A DNA stretch of 64,000 nucleotides. Origin: an uncultured Sphaerochaeta sp. GTDB taxonomy: Bacteria; Spirochaetota; Spirochaetia; Sphaerochaetales; Sphaerochaetaceae. How positions within the stretch are numbered: the stretch's first letter is position 1; every line of letters begins with the position of its first letter. Both the position numbers and the translations under genes were made by a program. Where the stretch lies: contig CAZTXW010000002.1 of the NCBI GenBank assembly GCA_964617345.1, positions 3,100 through 67,099 of the forward strand, in the 5' to 3' direction. The notes beneath the pieces were generated by a model that was not told where the DNA came from, did no database searches, and worked only from the letters and a program-made list of their open reading frames with translations. Positions 55,465-64,000 of this stretch are shown here, piece after piece.

Positions 55465-56616
55465 ATGGAAATGGCAAAGAGAGCAGATCTGCAACAGTTG
55501 CAACAGCGCAAGAAGAAGCGAAAAGGTGATGTACGCGGTGCCTATTACCGCGATACCACGGCGATCATCCACTCATCTCCGTTCAGACGTTTGAAGCACA
55601 AGACCCAGGTCTTCTTCGCCCCAAGCAATGACCACATCTGCACCCGTATGGAGCACTGCCTCCATGTAGCCTCCATTGCCTCCACCATCTGCCGTGGGCT
55701 CGGCCTCGATACCGAGCTGGCATGGGCAATCGGCATGGGCCATGACCTCGGGCATACCCCCTTCGGGCATACTGGGGAGAAGATTCTCTCAACCCTGATG
55801 CAACGGGAGGGTTTCCCGCCCTTCGAGCATGAGCTCTACAGTCTGCGTGTCGTTGATTTCCTCTCTGATCATGGCAGGGGCCTGAACCTTACCTATGCTG
55901 TCAGGGACGGCATAGTGTGCCATAACGGCGAGCATCTGGTGCAGTCGATCATGCCCACCTTCGAGATCAAGGATCTTGATACCCTGAAAAGCCGCAAAAA
56001 CCTCATCCCTACCACAAGTGAGGCTGCGGTGGTGCGCTTCAGCGACTCCATCGCCTACATCGGACGGGACTTTGAGGATGCCACCAGGCTGAATATCATC
56101 AGCGCCGAGCAGTTGCCCTCCCTGGTCAGGGAGCGTCTTGGCTCTTCCAATGCCCAGATGATAGATACCCTGGTAAATGATGTCATTGAGCACTCAAACG
56201 ATACGGTGGGAGTCTGTTTCAGCGACCACTGCTTTGAGGCAATTGAGGCGATGATAGCCTTCAACTATGCTCATATCTACAAGAGCCCCTTGCTGCAGGG
56301 GTATGAGCGGTACTTTACCCGCCTGATTACCCTGATAGTCGATTACCTGAAGATGCTTAGGCAGACGTGTGGTTTAGATGAGGCTCTGTATGCCTCGGAG
56401 AAAAATATGCTTGCCATGGGATTCTTCCACCATCTGGTGGATATGCAGGAGAGCTATCAGAAGCATGACGGATCACTCGATCGCCTGATCTATGATTATG
56501 TTGCCGGGATGAGCGACAATTTCGCCCTTGATTGTGCCAATGAGATACTCAAGCCTGAGCATCTCAACGACTCCATTGCGCTTTCGCTGACCGGCAAGTG
56601 GTTTGACGCTAGGTAG
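55465..56616 (+). CDS. dGTP triphosphohydrolase-like HD protein
   Basis: RD...IIHS..FRRLKHKTQVF, TRMEH, HDLGHTPFGH.GE, DSIAY..DFED, DYVAGMSD. Confidence 0.9.
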   Translation: MEMAKRADLQQLQQRKKKRKGDVRGAYYRDTTAIIHSSPFRRLKHKTQVFFAPSNDHICTRMEHCLHVASIASTICRGLGLDTELAWAIGMGHDLGHTPFGHTGEKILSTLMQREGFPPFEHELYSLRVVDFLSDHGRGLNLTYAVRDGIVCHNGEHLVQSIMPTFEIKDLDTLKSRKNLIPTTSEAAVVRFSDSIAYIGRDFEDATRLNIISAEQLPSLVRERLGSSNAQMIDTLVNDVIEHSNDTVGVCFSDHCFEAIEAMIAFNYAHIYKSPLLQGYERYFTRLITLIVDYLKMLRQTCGLDEALYASEKNMLAMGFFHHLVDMQESYQKHDGSLDRLIYDYVAGMSDNFALDCANEILKPEHLNDSIALSLTGKWFDAR

Positions 56617-57082
56617 TTATACCCTGTTCCTTGGCCAGTTGCTGGATCTCAGCGATGAACTGTCCCAGGTCATCGAAGGCCTTGTATACCGCTGCAAAAC
56701 GCACATAGGCGACCAGGTTGACCTCCTTGAGCTGCTTGAGTGTCTCATCGCCGATATCGGATGAGGTAATCTCACGCTTGCTGCCCACCTTGAGCATGAT
56801 GGCATCCTCAATGTTGTGCAGCAACGTCTCCACCATGCTTTCACTTATGTCCAGCTTGTCTGTGCAGGTACGTATGCCCCGTCCTATCTTATGCAGGTCA
56901 AAGCGTTCGCGCCTGCCGTCCCGCTTGATGACCATCAGAGGCTTGTCCTCTATGTGCTCGTAGCTGGTGAAGCGGTAGCCGCAGGTATTGCATTCGCGCC
57001 TTCTTCGTATGGCCGTCCCACTGGCATTCTGGCGGGACTCCAGCACCTTGTCATTCATCTCTTCACAATGGGGACATCGCAT
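56609..57082 (-). CDS. nrdR: Transcriptional repressor NrdR
   Basis: MRCPHC, IRRRRECNTCGYRFTSYE, ATP-cone VIKRDGRRERFD, VAYVRFAAVY. Start with AGGAGG. Confidence 0.96.
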   Translation of the reverse strand: MRCPHCEEMNDKVLESRQNASGTAIRRRRECNTCGYRFTSYEHIEDKPLMVIKRDGRRERFDLHKIGRGIRTCTDKLDISESMVETLLHNIEDAIMLKVGSKREITSSDIGDETLKQLKEVNLVAYVRFAAVYKAFDDLGQFIAEIQQLAKEQGITT

Positions 57083-57123
57083 AATGCTCCTCCTGGCAAT
57101 AGTATAGCCCCACAATGGGTATT

Positions 57124-57139
57124 TTTCAACATCTAGTGG
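57124..57139. promoter_or_regulatory. NrdR-box-like site upstream of nrdR
   Basis: Minus strand ccaCTAGATGTTGaaa fits the CwAnATnTwG core; a second similar site ataCGATATCTTGttg lies at 57252-57267. Confidence 0.5.
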
Positions 57140-57316
57140 TATTTCTCTGTAAACCATCGAAGTTACAAGAGAGAAATACACTAGACACTGACCAAATCTA
57201 AGATATGCTCCCTCTCCGTATGTACCTACTCTTGTAATTTACAGCACATATATACGATATCTTGTTGTAATTATGTATAACTTGTGATTATAATAACATT
57301 ATATAAGGAGCACAGA

Positions 57317-57976
57317 ATGGCAGAGTCGGTTAGCAGTTGCGTCAAGCAGATCGTAGACAAGTCCCCCTTCATACATGAGATGCTGATAAACGGTATCCTA
57401 TCCTTCAGCAACTACGCCCAGTCCATCCATGGCGAGGTTGAGAAAGCGTACGGCAAGGATGTAAAGAGCTCAGCTATCGTCATGGCCCTCAGACGGTATG
57501 GGGAGGACCTGAAGTTGCGGACCATGAAGGAGGAGCATAGCAGTGTCGAGTACGGCATTGTGATGAAGACCAACATATTCGACCTGAACCTGGTACGACG
57601 TGACTCCTTCATCAGCAAGCTCGGCTCCCTCTACGGGCAGGTCTCCACCGAGAAGGGTGACTTCTTGAATATCACCATAGGAAGCCATGAGGTCTCCCTT
57701 GCAGTGAGTGAGAAGTATCGCGCCCTGGTGACAGAGCTTGCCAAGGATGAGGAGGTCCTGCATGAGATGGAGGACCTGGTCGCACTCTCGCTGGTCTTTA
57801 CCGGTGATTTCCTGCAGACCCCCGGCGTTGTTTACGAAGCGGTGCGTCGCCTGGCCTGGGAGCAGATCAATGTCATAGAGATAGTCTCCACCATGAATGA
57901 GCTCACCTTTGTCATCAAGCGGGAAGACTCCATGAAGGCCTTTGATGTCCTGCAGGGGTTCCTCGGTGCCAAGTAA
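57317..57976 (+). CDS. ACT-domain-containing protein with N-terminal helical domain (no kinase domain)
   Basis: ATG 57317 with AAGGAG; SAIVMALRR N-terminal motif; C-terminal TPGV...LAWEQINVIEIVSTMNELTFVI is ACT-like. Confidence 0.75.
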   Translation: MAESVSSCVKQIVDKSPFIHEMLINGILSFSNYAQSIHGEVEKAYGKDVKSSAIVMALRRYGEDLKLRTMKEEHSSVEYGIVMKTNIFDLNLVRRDSFISKLGSLYGQVSTEKGDFLNITIGSHEVSLAVSEKYRALVTELAKDEEVLHEMEDLVALSLVFTGDFLQTPGVVYEAVRRLAWEQINVIEIVSTMNELTFVIKREDSMKAFDVLQGFLGAK

Positions 57977-58445
57977 GACGATTACCCTGATAACAGGCGG
58001 GTATGACAGTGGCAAGACCACTGCCCTGAAAACACTCCTCCAGGAAAAAAACTATCCACGCGATAGCCTTTGTGGCTTCGTTTCCCTTGCCAATGCAGAA
58101 AAAACCTGTTATAGACTGAAAGACCTCTTTTCAGGGAAGGAACGCTTGGCCCTGAGCGAGCAGAGCATGGCCCTTGGGCGCAAACAGGGAAGGTTCTTTG
58201 TCGATGATGCTGTCTTTGCCTGGGCGAATGAGCAGATAATCGCCCGCCTCCCCTTTGCAAGGCTCGCCGTATTCGATGAAGTGGGAAAGTATGAGCTGGA
58301 GGGTAGGGGCTTTGACCTATCCTTCAGGAAGGCGCTCTGGCAAGCTGATGTGGATGTGGTGGCTGCCGTACGCCTTGCCTTTCTCCAGGAGGTCATCGAT
58401 CAGTATGCACTTGACAGGTACGACCTGCTCGTACGCCGGCTGTGA
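57966..58445 (+). CDS. THEP1/NTPase_1-like P-loop nucleoside triphosphatase
   Basis: ITGGYDSGKTT, GF, GRF, VFDEVGKYEL.G.GF, AVR. Probable GTG start at 57966. Confidence 0.75.
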   Translation: MPSKTITLITGGYDSGKTTALKTLLQEKNYPRDSLCGFVSLANAEKTCYRLKDLFSGKERLALSEQSMALGRKQGRFFVDDAVFAWANEQIIARLPFARLAVFDEVGKYELEGRGFDLSFRKALWQADVDVVAAVRLAFLQEVIDQYALDRYDLLVRRL

Positions 58446-58466
58446 TACTTCTGAGGATGGGCGACG

Positions 58467-59162
58467 ATGAATGAACTCTTATGGTTTTTGCTTCTGATAT
58501 TGGATTTTGCTGCCATCATGGTTGCATATAGGTTTTGGGGAAAGCTGGGCCTCTATATCTGGATTCCCATCAGCATCATCCTTGCCAATATCCAGGTCAC
58601 CAAGAATGTGGTGATATTCGGCATAGAGGCCACCCTGGGCAACATTGTCTATGCGACCAGCTTTCTTGTCACCGACATCCTCAGTGAGATCTACGGCAAG
58701 AAGGAGTCGGCGAAGGCTGTCAAGTTCGGTTTCTTCGCCCTGCTGTCGATGACCATCCTCATGCAGGTGGCACTCCTGTTCGAACCCTCCTCATCGGATA
58801 TAGCCCATCCGGCACTTCAGACCATATTCGGTCTCATGCCACGCATCGCCATCGGGTCATTGGTTGCATACCTGTTGAGCAACACCCACGACATATGGGC
58901 CTTTGCCTTCTGGAAAGAGAAGAAGCCAGGGCGGGGATACCTCTGGCTCAGGAATAACTTCAGCACATTCGTCAGTCAGCTCCTCGATACGGTGGTATTT
59001 ACCTTCATTGCCTTCTGGGGGGTATACCCCACCTCAGTGCTTGTCCAGATACTGCTCAGTACCTTTGTCCTGAAGTGGGTCGTGGCTATTCTGGATACCC
59101 CGTTCATCTATCTGGCCAGAGAGTGGCACGAGAGGGGCAAGATACCTACTCCCACCTTCTAG
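58467..59162 (+). CDS. Queuosine precursor transporter (YhhQ / Vut_1 family)
   Basis: ANIQVTK, FLVTDILSEIYG, RIAIGSLVAY, WLRNNFST.VSQLLDT..F, DTPFIY. Confidence 0.9.
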   Translation: MNELLWFLLLILDFAAIMVAYRFWGKLGLYIWIPISIILANIQVTKNVVIFGIEATLGNIVYATSFLVTDILSEIYGKKESAKAVKFGFFALLSMTILMQVALLFEPSSSDIAHPALQTIFGLMPRIAIGSLVAYLLSNTHDIWAFAFWKEKKPGRGYLWLRNNFSTFVSQLLDTVVFTFIAFWGVYPTSVLVQILLSTFVLKWVVAILDTPFIYLAREWHERGKIPTPTF

Positions 59163-59969
59163 CTACCTTGCGGGAAGGATACGGAAAAGCTCTTTTCGGC
59201 AAGCCTCAGTCCCTGCATAGAACGAAGGGGAGAAGCTCTTCCTTTCAAGGACAAACCTGTCGTCATAGACAAAGGGCGATCCATCGACATACTGGATATC
59301 CATCCCACAGGCGAGTAGCACAGCATGGCTTGCCACAATATCCCAGACAAAACAGCTCTGGTTCACACACCCCTGGGTGTGCGAGTAGATGACAGGGGCA
59401 AGCATGTGCAGGATGCTGCTGCCGAAGATGCGTATCTTGCCGTGGAAGTTGGAGAAGTCCAGCTGGCGCTGCCCACTGGAGCCCATGGTAATCTGACGGG
59501 GTCGGTCCTTATCCCCTGTAACGGTCCATTTCTCTCCGTTGACAAGAAGGTCCGAACCGGGATCGAGACGAACAAACAGGCTTTCTGTTCCTATACCCCA
59601 CCTGGGTGCTGCTATGTACGCACCTACAGGCTTTCGCTCCTTGTCCAGGATGCCAAGTGCCACCGCCCATGAGGGCAGGCCCTGGGAGTAGACATCAGTG
59701 CCGTCTATGGGGTCCAGTACAAAGGTGTAGGGAGCCTCGCTGTCAAAGGGTGTGAGGGTCTCCTCGCTGATGATGTTCGCCTCGGGAAAGAGGGAGGTGA
59801 CCACAGAGAGTATCCTCCTGGAGATGGCCAGGTCCGTTTCGGTGATGACCGAACCGTCTCTCTTGTAGGAGCGGTGTATCTCGCCTTGCTTCTCTTTTGC
59901 ATAAAGACCTGCATCCTCCACAGCCTTCGCAAGGGCATCGAGTTTTTCTCTTTCAAGTTGTATTTCCAT
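59163..59969 (-). CDS. Inositol monophosphatase family protein
   Basis: KRDGSVITETD, ISEE, VLDPIDGT, WDIVA. Confidence 0.88.
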   Translation of the reverse strand: MEIQLEREKLDALAKAVEDAGLYAKEKQGEIHRSYKRDGSVITETDLAISRRILSVVTSLFPEANIISEETLTPFDSEAPYTFVLDPIDGTDVYSQGLPSWAVALGILDKERKPVGAYIAAPRWGIGTESLFVRLDPGSDLLVNGEKWTVTGDKDRPRQITMGSSGQRQLDFSNFHGKIRIFGSSILHMLAPVIYSHTQGCVNQSCFVWDIVASHAVLLACGMDIQYVDGSPFVYDDRFVLERKSFSPSFYAGTEACRKELFRILPAR

Positions 59970-60012
59970 TCTATTGCATAACCTTCTTGCTCATGATAGG
60001 GTAATGGCGCTT

Positions 60013-63000
60013 ATGCAAATGCCTATCGCCACTATTGTCCAATCGTATATCAAAAGCAGTCCTGCCTACAAGGCGTATGCCTCAGGTGCCTCTTCTCTCT
60101 CTGTCCAGGGTCTTGAAGGGTATCCCTTGGCTCTCTTTTTGCGTCTGCTCAGCAGACGTGAAAAGAAGCGGGTGTGGGTCATCTGTCCGACAGAGGAGAG
60201 CGCCCTTGCCCTGTTGAAGGACAACGGCTTGAAAGTCGACTCCAAGAGTGTCATGCAGACACCCCTGAGCGCAGAAGAGGTAAAGACCATCTACCTTCCC
60301 AGCCATGGGAGGAAGCTCTACTCCACCTTCACCGGTGATGATATAGAGTACTCCCAGCTGAAACAGCTCTCCTCCATCAAGGAGTGCAAGCATGGCATCA
60401 TCGTCACCCACCTCAGGCCCTTTGTCAGCCAGGTGGTCTCCCCTAAGGCCCTGGGTGACGCTGAACTGAACATACGCATCAATTCACCATTCGACCCAAT
60501 CAAGCTTGCCCAGGAGCTTGGGGGGGCGGGGTACATCAACACCGTAGCAACAACCGCCCCAGGGGAGTTCTCCGTACGTGGGGAGGTCATGGACATCTTC
60601 CCCTATGAGAGCGACTTTCCCTTGCGCATCTATGCCGACTGGGACAAGGTGGGCAAGATACGAATCTTCAACCCTGTCACCCAGGAGACCACCGACAAGA
60701 TCAGCAGCTTCTCCCTCTCCCTGGTCGATGCCTCCAGCGCCAAGTTGCTCACTTCATCAATCGAGGAGTATTTCACCCAGGATGACTTCTTCTGTTTTGT
60801 GGGTGACCAACGGCTCGCTACCAGCTATCACAGCCTCACCCTTGAGGCAAAGGCCCTCTACCGTGAGGCATTCCTGGAAGATCGTGAGGCGATGAAGCCC
60901 GACCAGCTCCTCTTTGATTTCCCCGCTTTCCAGAAGCGCGTGACCAAGGCCATGACGCTGGTTGATATTTCAGGGCAAAAGGAGGGGGTATTCTCGTTTG
61001 ATATCGGAGGACCCCGCTCATACTTCGGCAACTTCGTCCTGCTCAAGGAGGAGCTGGTCAGCCTGCACAAGGATGGGTGGCAGGTGACCATCTTTACCGA
61101 GAACCTGCTGCAGCGCCAGCGCCTGATGCAGATGCTCAGTGATTTTCCCACCCTCCAGTGGGAAACGCGGGAGATTTCAGGGGGCTTCTCGATCCCCTCT
61201 GAGAAGGTCATAGCTATCTGCGAGCACGAGATCTTCGGTCGTCGCCGTCAGGTGGTCAAGACGCTCCAGCATACCCAGTCCTCCCCGTTGGACTCCTTTG
61301 TGGACCTCAATGAGGGCGACTATGTCGTCCACGTGAACTACGGGGTGGGCCAGTTCGTCAAGATAGACAGGGTCTCTTCCTTTGACCGTGAACGGGACTT
61401 CATCAAGATAGAGTATTCGGGCAACGAGATGCTCTACGTCCCCATCGAGCAGGCCAACCTGGTCCAACGCTACATCGGCAGTGATAAGGGTGAACCCCGA
61501 AAGGACACCCTCGGGGGCCAAGGTTGGGAGAACAAGAAGAAGAAGGCACGAAAGAGTGCCGATGACCTTGCAAAACACCTCATAGCCCTCTATGCCAAAC
61601 GTAAGAACAGCGTAGGCTTCGCCTACCCCAAGGATACCGACTGGCAGCTGCAGTTTGAGGCATCCTTCCCATTTGACGAGACAGCTGACCAGCTGACCTG
61701 CATCGAGGATATCAAGAGTGACATGGAGAAGCCGATGGTCATGGACCGTCTGGTGTGTGGGGACGTGGGCTACGGCAAGACCGAGATAGCCTTCCGGGCC
61801 GCCTTCAAGGCGGTCATGGGTGGCAAGCAGGTGGCATTCCTTGCCCCTACCACCATCCTGGCCGAGCAGCATTATGACAACTTCCTCAAGCGGGTGGGCT
61901 CTTTCCCCATCAGGTGCGCCCACCTGTCGAGGATCGTGCCCAGGAAAGAGCAGAAGAAGACCCTGCTTGCCGTCGCTGAAGGCAAGGTGGACATCCTCTT
62001 CGGCACCCATAGGATATTGCAGAAGGATATTCTCTACCGTGATCTTGGCCTGCTGGTCGTAGATGAGGAACAACGCTTCGGGGTAAAGGACAAGGAGCGC
62101 ATCAAGACGATGCGAACCAGCATAGACTCGCTCTCCTTGAGTGCAACCCCCATTCCCAGGACACTGTACATGTCGCTGTTGAAAATCCGTGACATGTCGC
62201 TACTGACCACCCCTCCCATAGCCAGGATGCCCATCAAGACCACCATCGAAGAGTTTGATGAGTATATCATCTACCGTGCCATCCGCGAGGAGATCGCCCG
62301 TGGTGGGCAGGTATTCTACCTGCACAACAGGATCGAGACGCTCGAGCAGGTGGTCAGCCAGCTCTCGCAGAACCTGCCTTCCCTCATCATTGAGAGCGCC
62401 CACGGGCAGATGGACAGCTCAAAGCTGGAGGATACGATGCGACGCTTCGTCCATCAGGGAATCCAGGTCCTGGTATCGACGACCATCATTGAGAATGGGA
62501 TCGACATTCCCAACGTGAATACCATCATCATAGACCGGGCGGACCGCTATGGCCTCTCCCAGCTCTACCAATTGAGAGGGAGGGTGGGGCGCAATGACCG
62601 CCAGGCATATGCATACCTCTTCTATCCCCAGGGAAGTGCCCTCAGTGAGATAGCGCTCAAGCGCCTGAAGATCATCAGCGAGAGCACCGAGCTGGGATCG
62701 GGTTTCAAGGTTGCCATGAAGGATATGGAGATCAGGGGGACAGGCAATCTCCTGGGCAGGGAACAGAGCGGACAGCTCGCTTCGGTAGGCCTGGACATGT
62801 ACATCAGAATCCTTGATGAGGCGATAGCTGCCCTGCAGAAGGATGGCGAGCGTGAAGAGGAGAAGGAAGTATTCCTCGAACTCGACTACACCGGCTTCAT
62901 ACCCGACTCCTACATCAAGGCACCCCAGGTCAAGTTCGATATCTATCGCAAGATATCCTCCATTGCCGACGAAAAGCAGTTGCAGCAGCTCAACAGCGAG

Positions 63001-63303
63001 CTCGATGACCGCTTCGGTCCTCTACCGGAGGAGGTTGCGAACCTGCTGTATATCGCTGAGATCAAGATTCTCTGCCGAAAGCTCTCCATAGTGCACCTCA
63101 CTGACCGAAAAGGGGTGGTCACCCTGGAGTTTGGCAGGGTAGCCAAGCTGAATGTCCAGAAGGTGATGGCCCTCATTGCCTTGAGCAACAAGCGCGTAAC
63201 CCTGGATCCCAGGCGGATGAATTTCATGTATATTAAGATTGATGCAGTCTCCTTGCGTGACAAGGCGCTGTTCCTGATGGAACAGTTGCAGCGACTGCTG
63301 TAG
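60013..63303 (+). CDS. mfd: Transcription-repair coupling factor
   Basis: GEFSVRG, GDYVVHVNYGVG, DRLVCGDVGYGKTE, DEEQRFGV, SATPIPRTL, QLRGRVGR, DMEIRG.GNLLG. Start uncertain (60004, 60013 or 60019). Confidence 0.96.
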   Translation: MQMPIATIVQSYIKSSPAYKAYASGASSLSVQGLEGYPLALFLRLLSRREKKRVWVICPTEESALALLKDNGLKVDSKSVMQTPLSAEEVKTIYLPSHGRKLYSTFTGDDIEYSQLKQLSSIKECKHGIIVTHLRPFVSQVVSPKALGDAELNIRINSPFDPIKLAQELGGAGYINTVATTAPGEFSVRGEVMDIFPYESDFPLRIYADWDKVGKIRIFNPVTQETTDKISSFSLSLVDASSAKLLTSSIEEYFTQDDFFCFVGDQRLATSYHSLTLEAKALYREAFLEDREAMKPDQLLFDFPAFQKRVTKAMTLVDISGQKEGVFSFDIGGPRSYFGNFVLLKEELVSLHKDGWQVTIFTENLLQRQRLMQMLSDFPTLQWETREISGGFSIPSEKVIAICEHEIFGRRRQVVKTLQHTQSSPLDSFVDLNEGDYVVHVNYGVGQFVKIDRVSSFDRERDFIKIEYSGNEMLYVPIEQANLVQRYIGSDKGEPRKDTLGGQGWENKKKKARKSADDLAKHLIALYAKRKNSVGFAYPKDTDWQLQFEASFPFDETADQLTCIEDIKSDMEKPMVMDRLVCGDVGYGKTEIAFRAAFKAVMGGKQVAFLAPTTILAEQHYDNFLKRVGSFPIRCAHLSRIVPRKEQKKTLLAVAEGKVDILFGTHRILQKDILYRDLGLLVVDEEQRFGVKDKERIKTMRTSIDSLSLSATPIPRTLYMSLLKIRDMSLLTTPPIARMPIKTTIEEFDEYIIYRAIREEIARGGQVFYLHNRIETLEQVVSQLSQNLPSLIIESAHGQMDSSKLEDTMRRFVHQGIQVLVSTTIIENGIDIPNVNTIIIDRADRYGLSQLYQLRGRVGRNDRQAYAYLFYPQGSALSEIALKRLKIISESTELGSGFKVAMKDMEIRGTGNLLGREQSGQLASVGLDMYIRILDEAIAALQKDGEREEEKEVFLELDYTGFIPDSYIKAPQVKFDIYRKISSIADEKQLQQLNSELDDRFGPLPEEVANLLYIAEIKILCRKLSIVHLTDRKGVVTLEFGRVAKLNVQKVMALIALSNKRVTLDPRRMNFMYIKIDAVSLRDKALFLMEQLQRLL

Positions 63304-63311
63304 GAGGTACG

Positions 63312-64000
63312 ATGGCTACCATATTTGATGAGATCCCATCGCTTGCAAAGGTGGAGGATCGTGAATTTGGCACCCCAAGGACGATAAAGAGCTTCGTATT
63401 GCGATCTGCAGGCCTCAAGGCCTTCCAGCTGGAGGCTCTGCGCCAGTATTACCCTACCCATGTCATAGAGTACAAGAAAGAGATTCTAGACTGGAAAAAT
63501 GTATTCGGCAATGACAAGCCGGTTATCATCGAGATAGGCTTCGGTATGGGGACCTCAACCCATAGGATTGCAAAAGACCGTTCTTCGTACAACTACCTCG
63601 GCCTTGAGGTCTTCCTCTCAGGTTTTGCCAAGCTGTTGAGCCTCATCGGAAAGGACAATTTGGACAATATACGCATCATGCGCTTTGATGCTGTTGAGGT
63701 CCTTAATCAGATGATTGCAGATGGCTCGGTTGCAGGATTCCATATCTTCTTTCCCGATCCCTGGCCAAAGAAGAAACATCAGAAGAGAAGGCTCATCCAG
63801 GAGCCTTTAGCGAAGCTCATAGCCAGCAAGCTAGAGAAGGGTGGCTACATCTACTGTGTCACCGACTGGGAGGAGTACGCCTACCAGATGCTGTCTGTCT
63901 TTGCAAAGGTCCCCTCCCTTACCAATCCCTATGATGGCTTTGCCCCTCCCAGACAGTGGAGGCCTACCACCAGCTTCGAGCAGAAGGGCCTTGAGCAGGA
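63312..64000 (+). CDS. trmB: tRNA (guanine-N7)-methyltransferase, 3'-truncated by the window edge
   Basis: Not in the ORF track. ATG 63312 with AGGAGG; manual translation contains IKSFVLR, IEIGFGMG, LGLEV, FFPDPWPKKKHQKRRLIQ, TDWEEYA. Confidence 0.94.
   Translation, partial: MATIFDEIPSLAKVEDREFGTPRTIKSFVLRSAGLKAFQLEALRQYYPTHVIEYKKEILDWKNVFGNDKPVIIEIGFGMGTSTHRIAKDRSSYNYLGLEVFLSGFAKLLSLIGKDNLDNIRIMRFDAVEVLNQMIADGSVAGFHIFFPDPWPKKKHQKRRLIQEPLAKLIASKLEKGGYIYCVTDWEEYAYQMLSVFAKVPSLTNPYDGFAPPRQWRPTTSFEQKGLEQ

Noticed and set aside
59974-60015. mfd as a sixth leaderless gene (TTGCAT-N17-TAGGGT)
   Set aside because: The nearby ATGs are 1 and 10 nt from the -10, neither at the 5-7 nt leaderless spacing, so the start is ambiguous.
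1-64000. CRISPR arrays, tRNA/rRNA genes, IS elements, prophage and defence islands
   Set aside because: I saw no repeat-spacer periodicity, cloverleaf motifs, transposase, integrase or phage ORFs, and intergenic gaps are short. This was a visual scan only; tRNAscan-SE and cmscan would be definitive.

Overview
A gene-dense, largely housekeeping 64-kb chromosomal segment from a moderately GC-rich anaerobic bacterium. It is most likely a spirochaete of the Sphaerochaeta type. That assignment is an inference from the rpsB-tsf-frr-uppS-cdsA-dxr-rseP order without pyrH, the rpsF-ssb-rpsR-DUF2232-rplI-dnaB order, the 'LFAGGAKE'-type binding-protein leaders, and the XPB plus partner pair. Contents, in order: a partial uvrD/pcrA, a ccdA-tlpA pair, a polar amino-acid (probably arginine) ABC system with two binding-protein paralogues, acn-icd and gltA, argG, hflKC, metG, a FemX-like ligase, a [2Fe-2S] protein plus group-B-like [FeFe] hydrogenase, murD, a GGDEF protein, ribosomal and replication genes, aroDE/aroC/aroK, an XPB helicase with partner, nrdR, a YhhQ transporter, mfd and a partial trmB. 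I saw no rRNA, tRNA, CRISPR array, transposase or prophage. The most notable signals lie outside the ORF track: (1) an unlisted 30-aa bS22/AURKAIP1-like ribosomal protein gene with its own promoter, leader hairpin and terminator; (2) ARG-box-like operators at four promoters, three with an unusual 31-32 bp paired spacing around a TTGACW hexamer; (3) five genes with a leaderless-mRNA architecture, including a back-to-back pair sharing one -35 region; (4) an XPB plus p52/WYL-like partner embedded in a shikimate operon; (5) an orphan secreted pilin/adhesin-like gene. All functional calls come from motif recognition only; no database searches were run.
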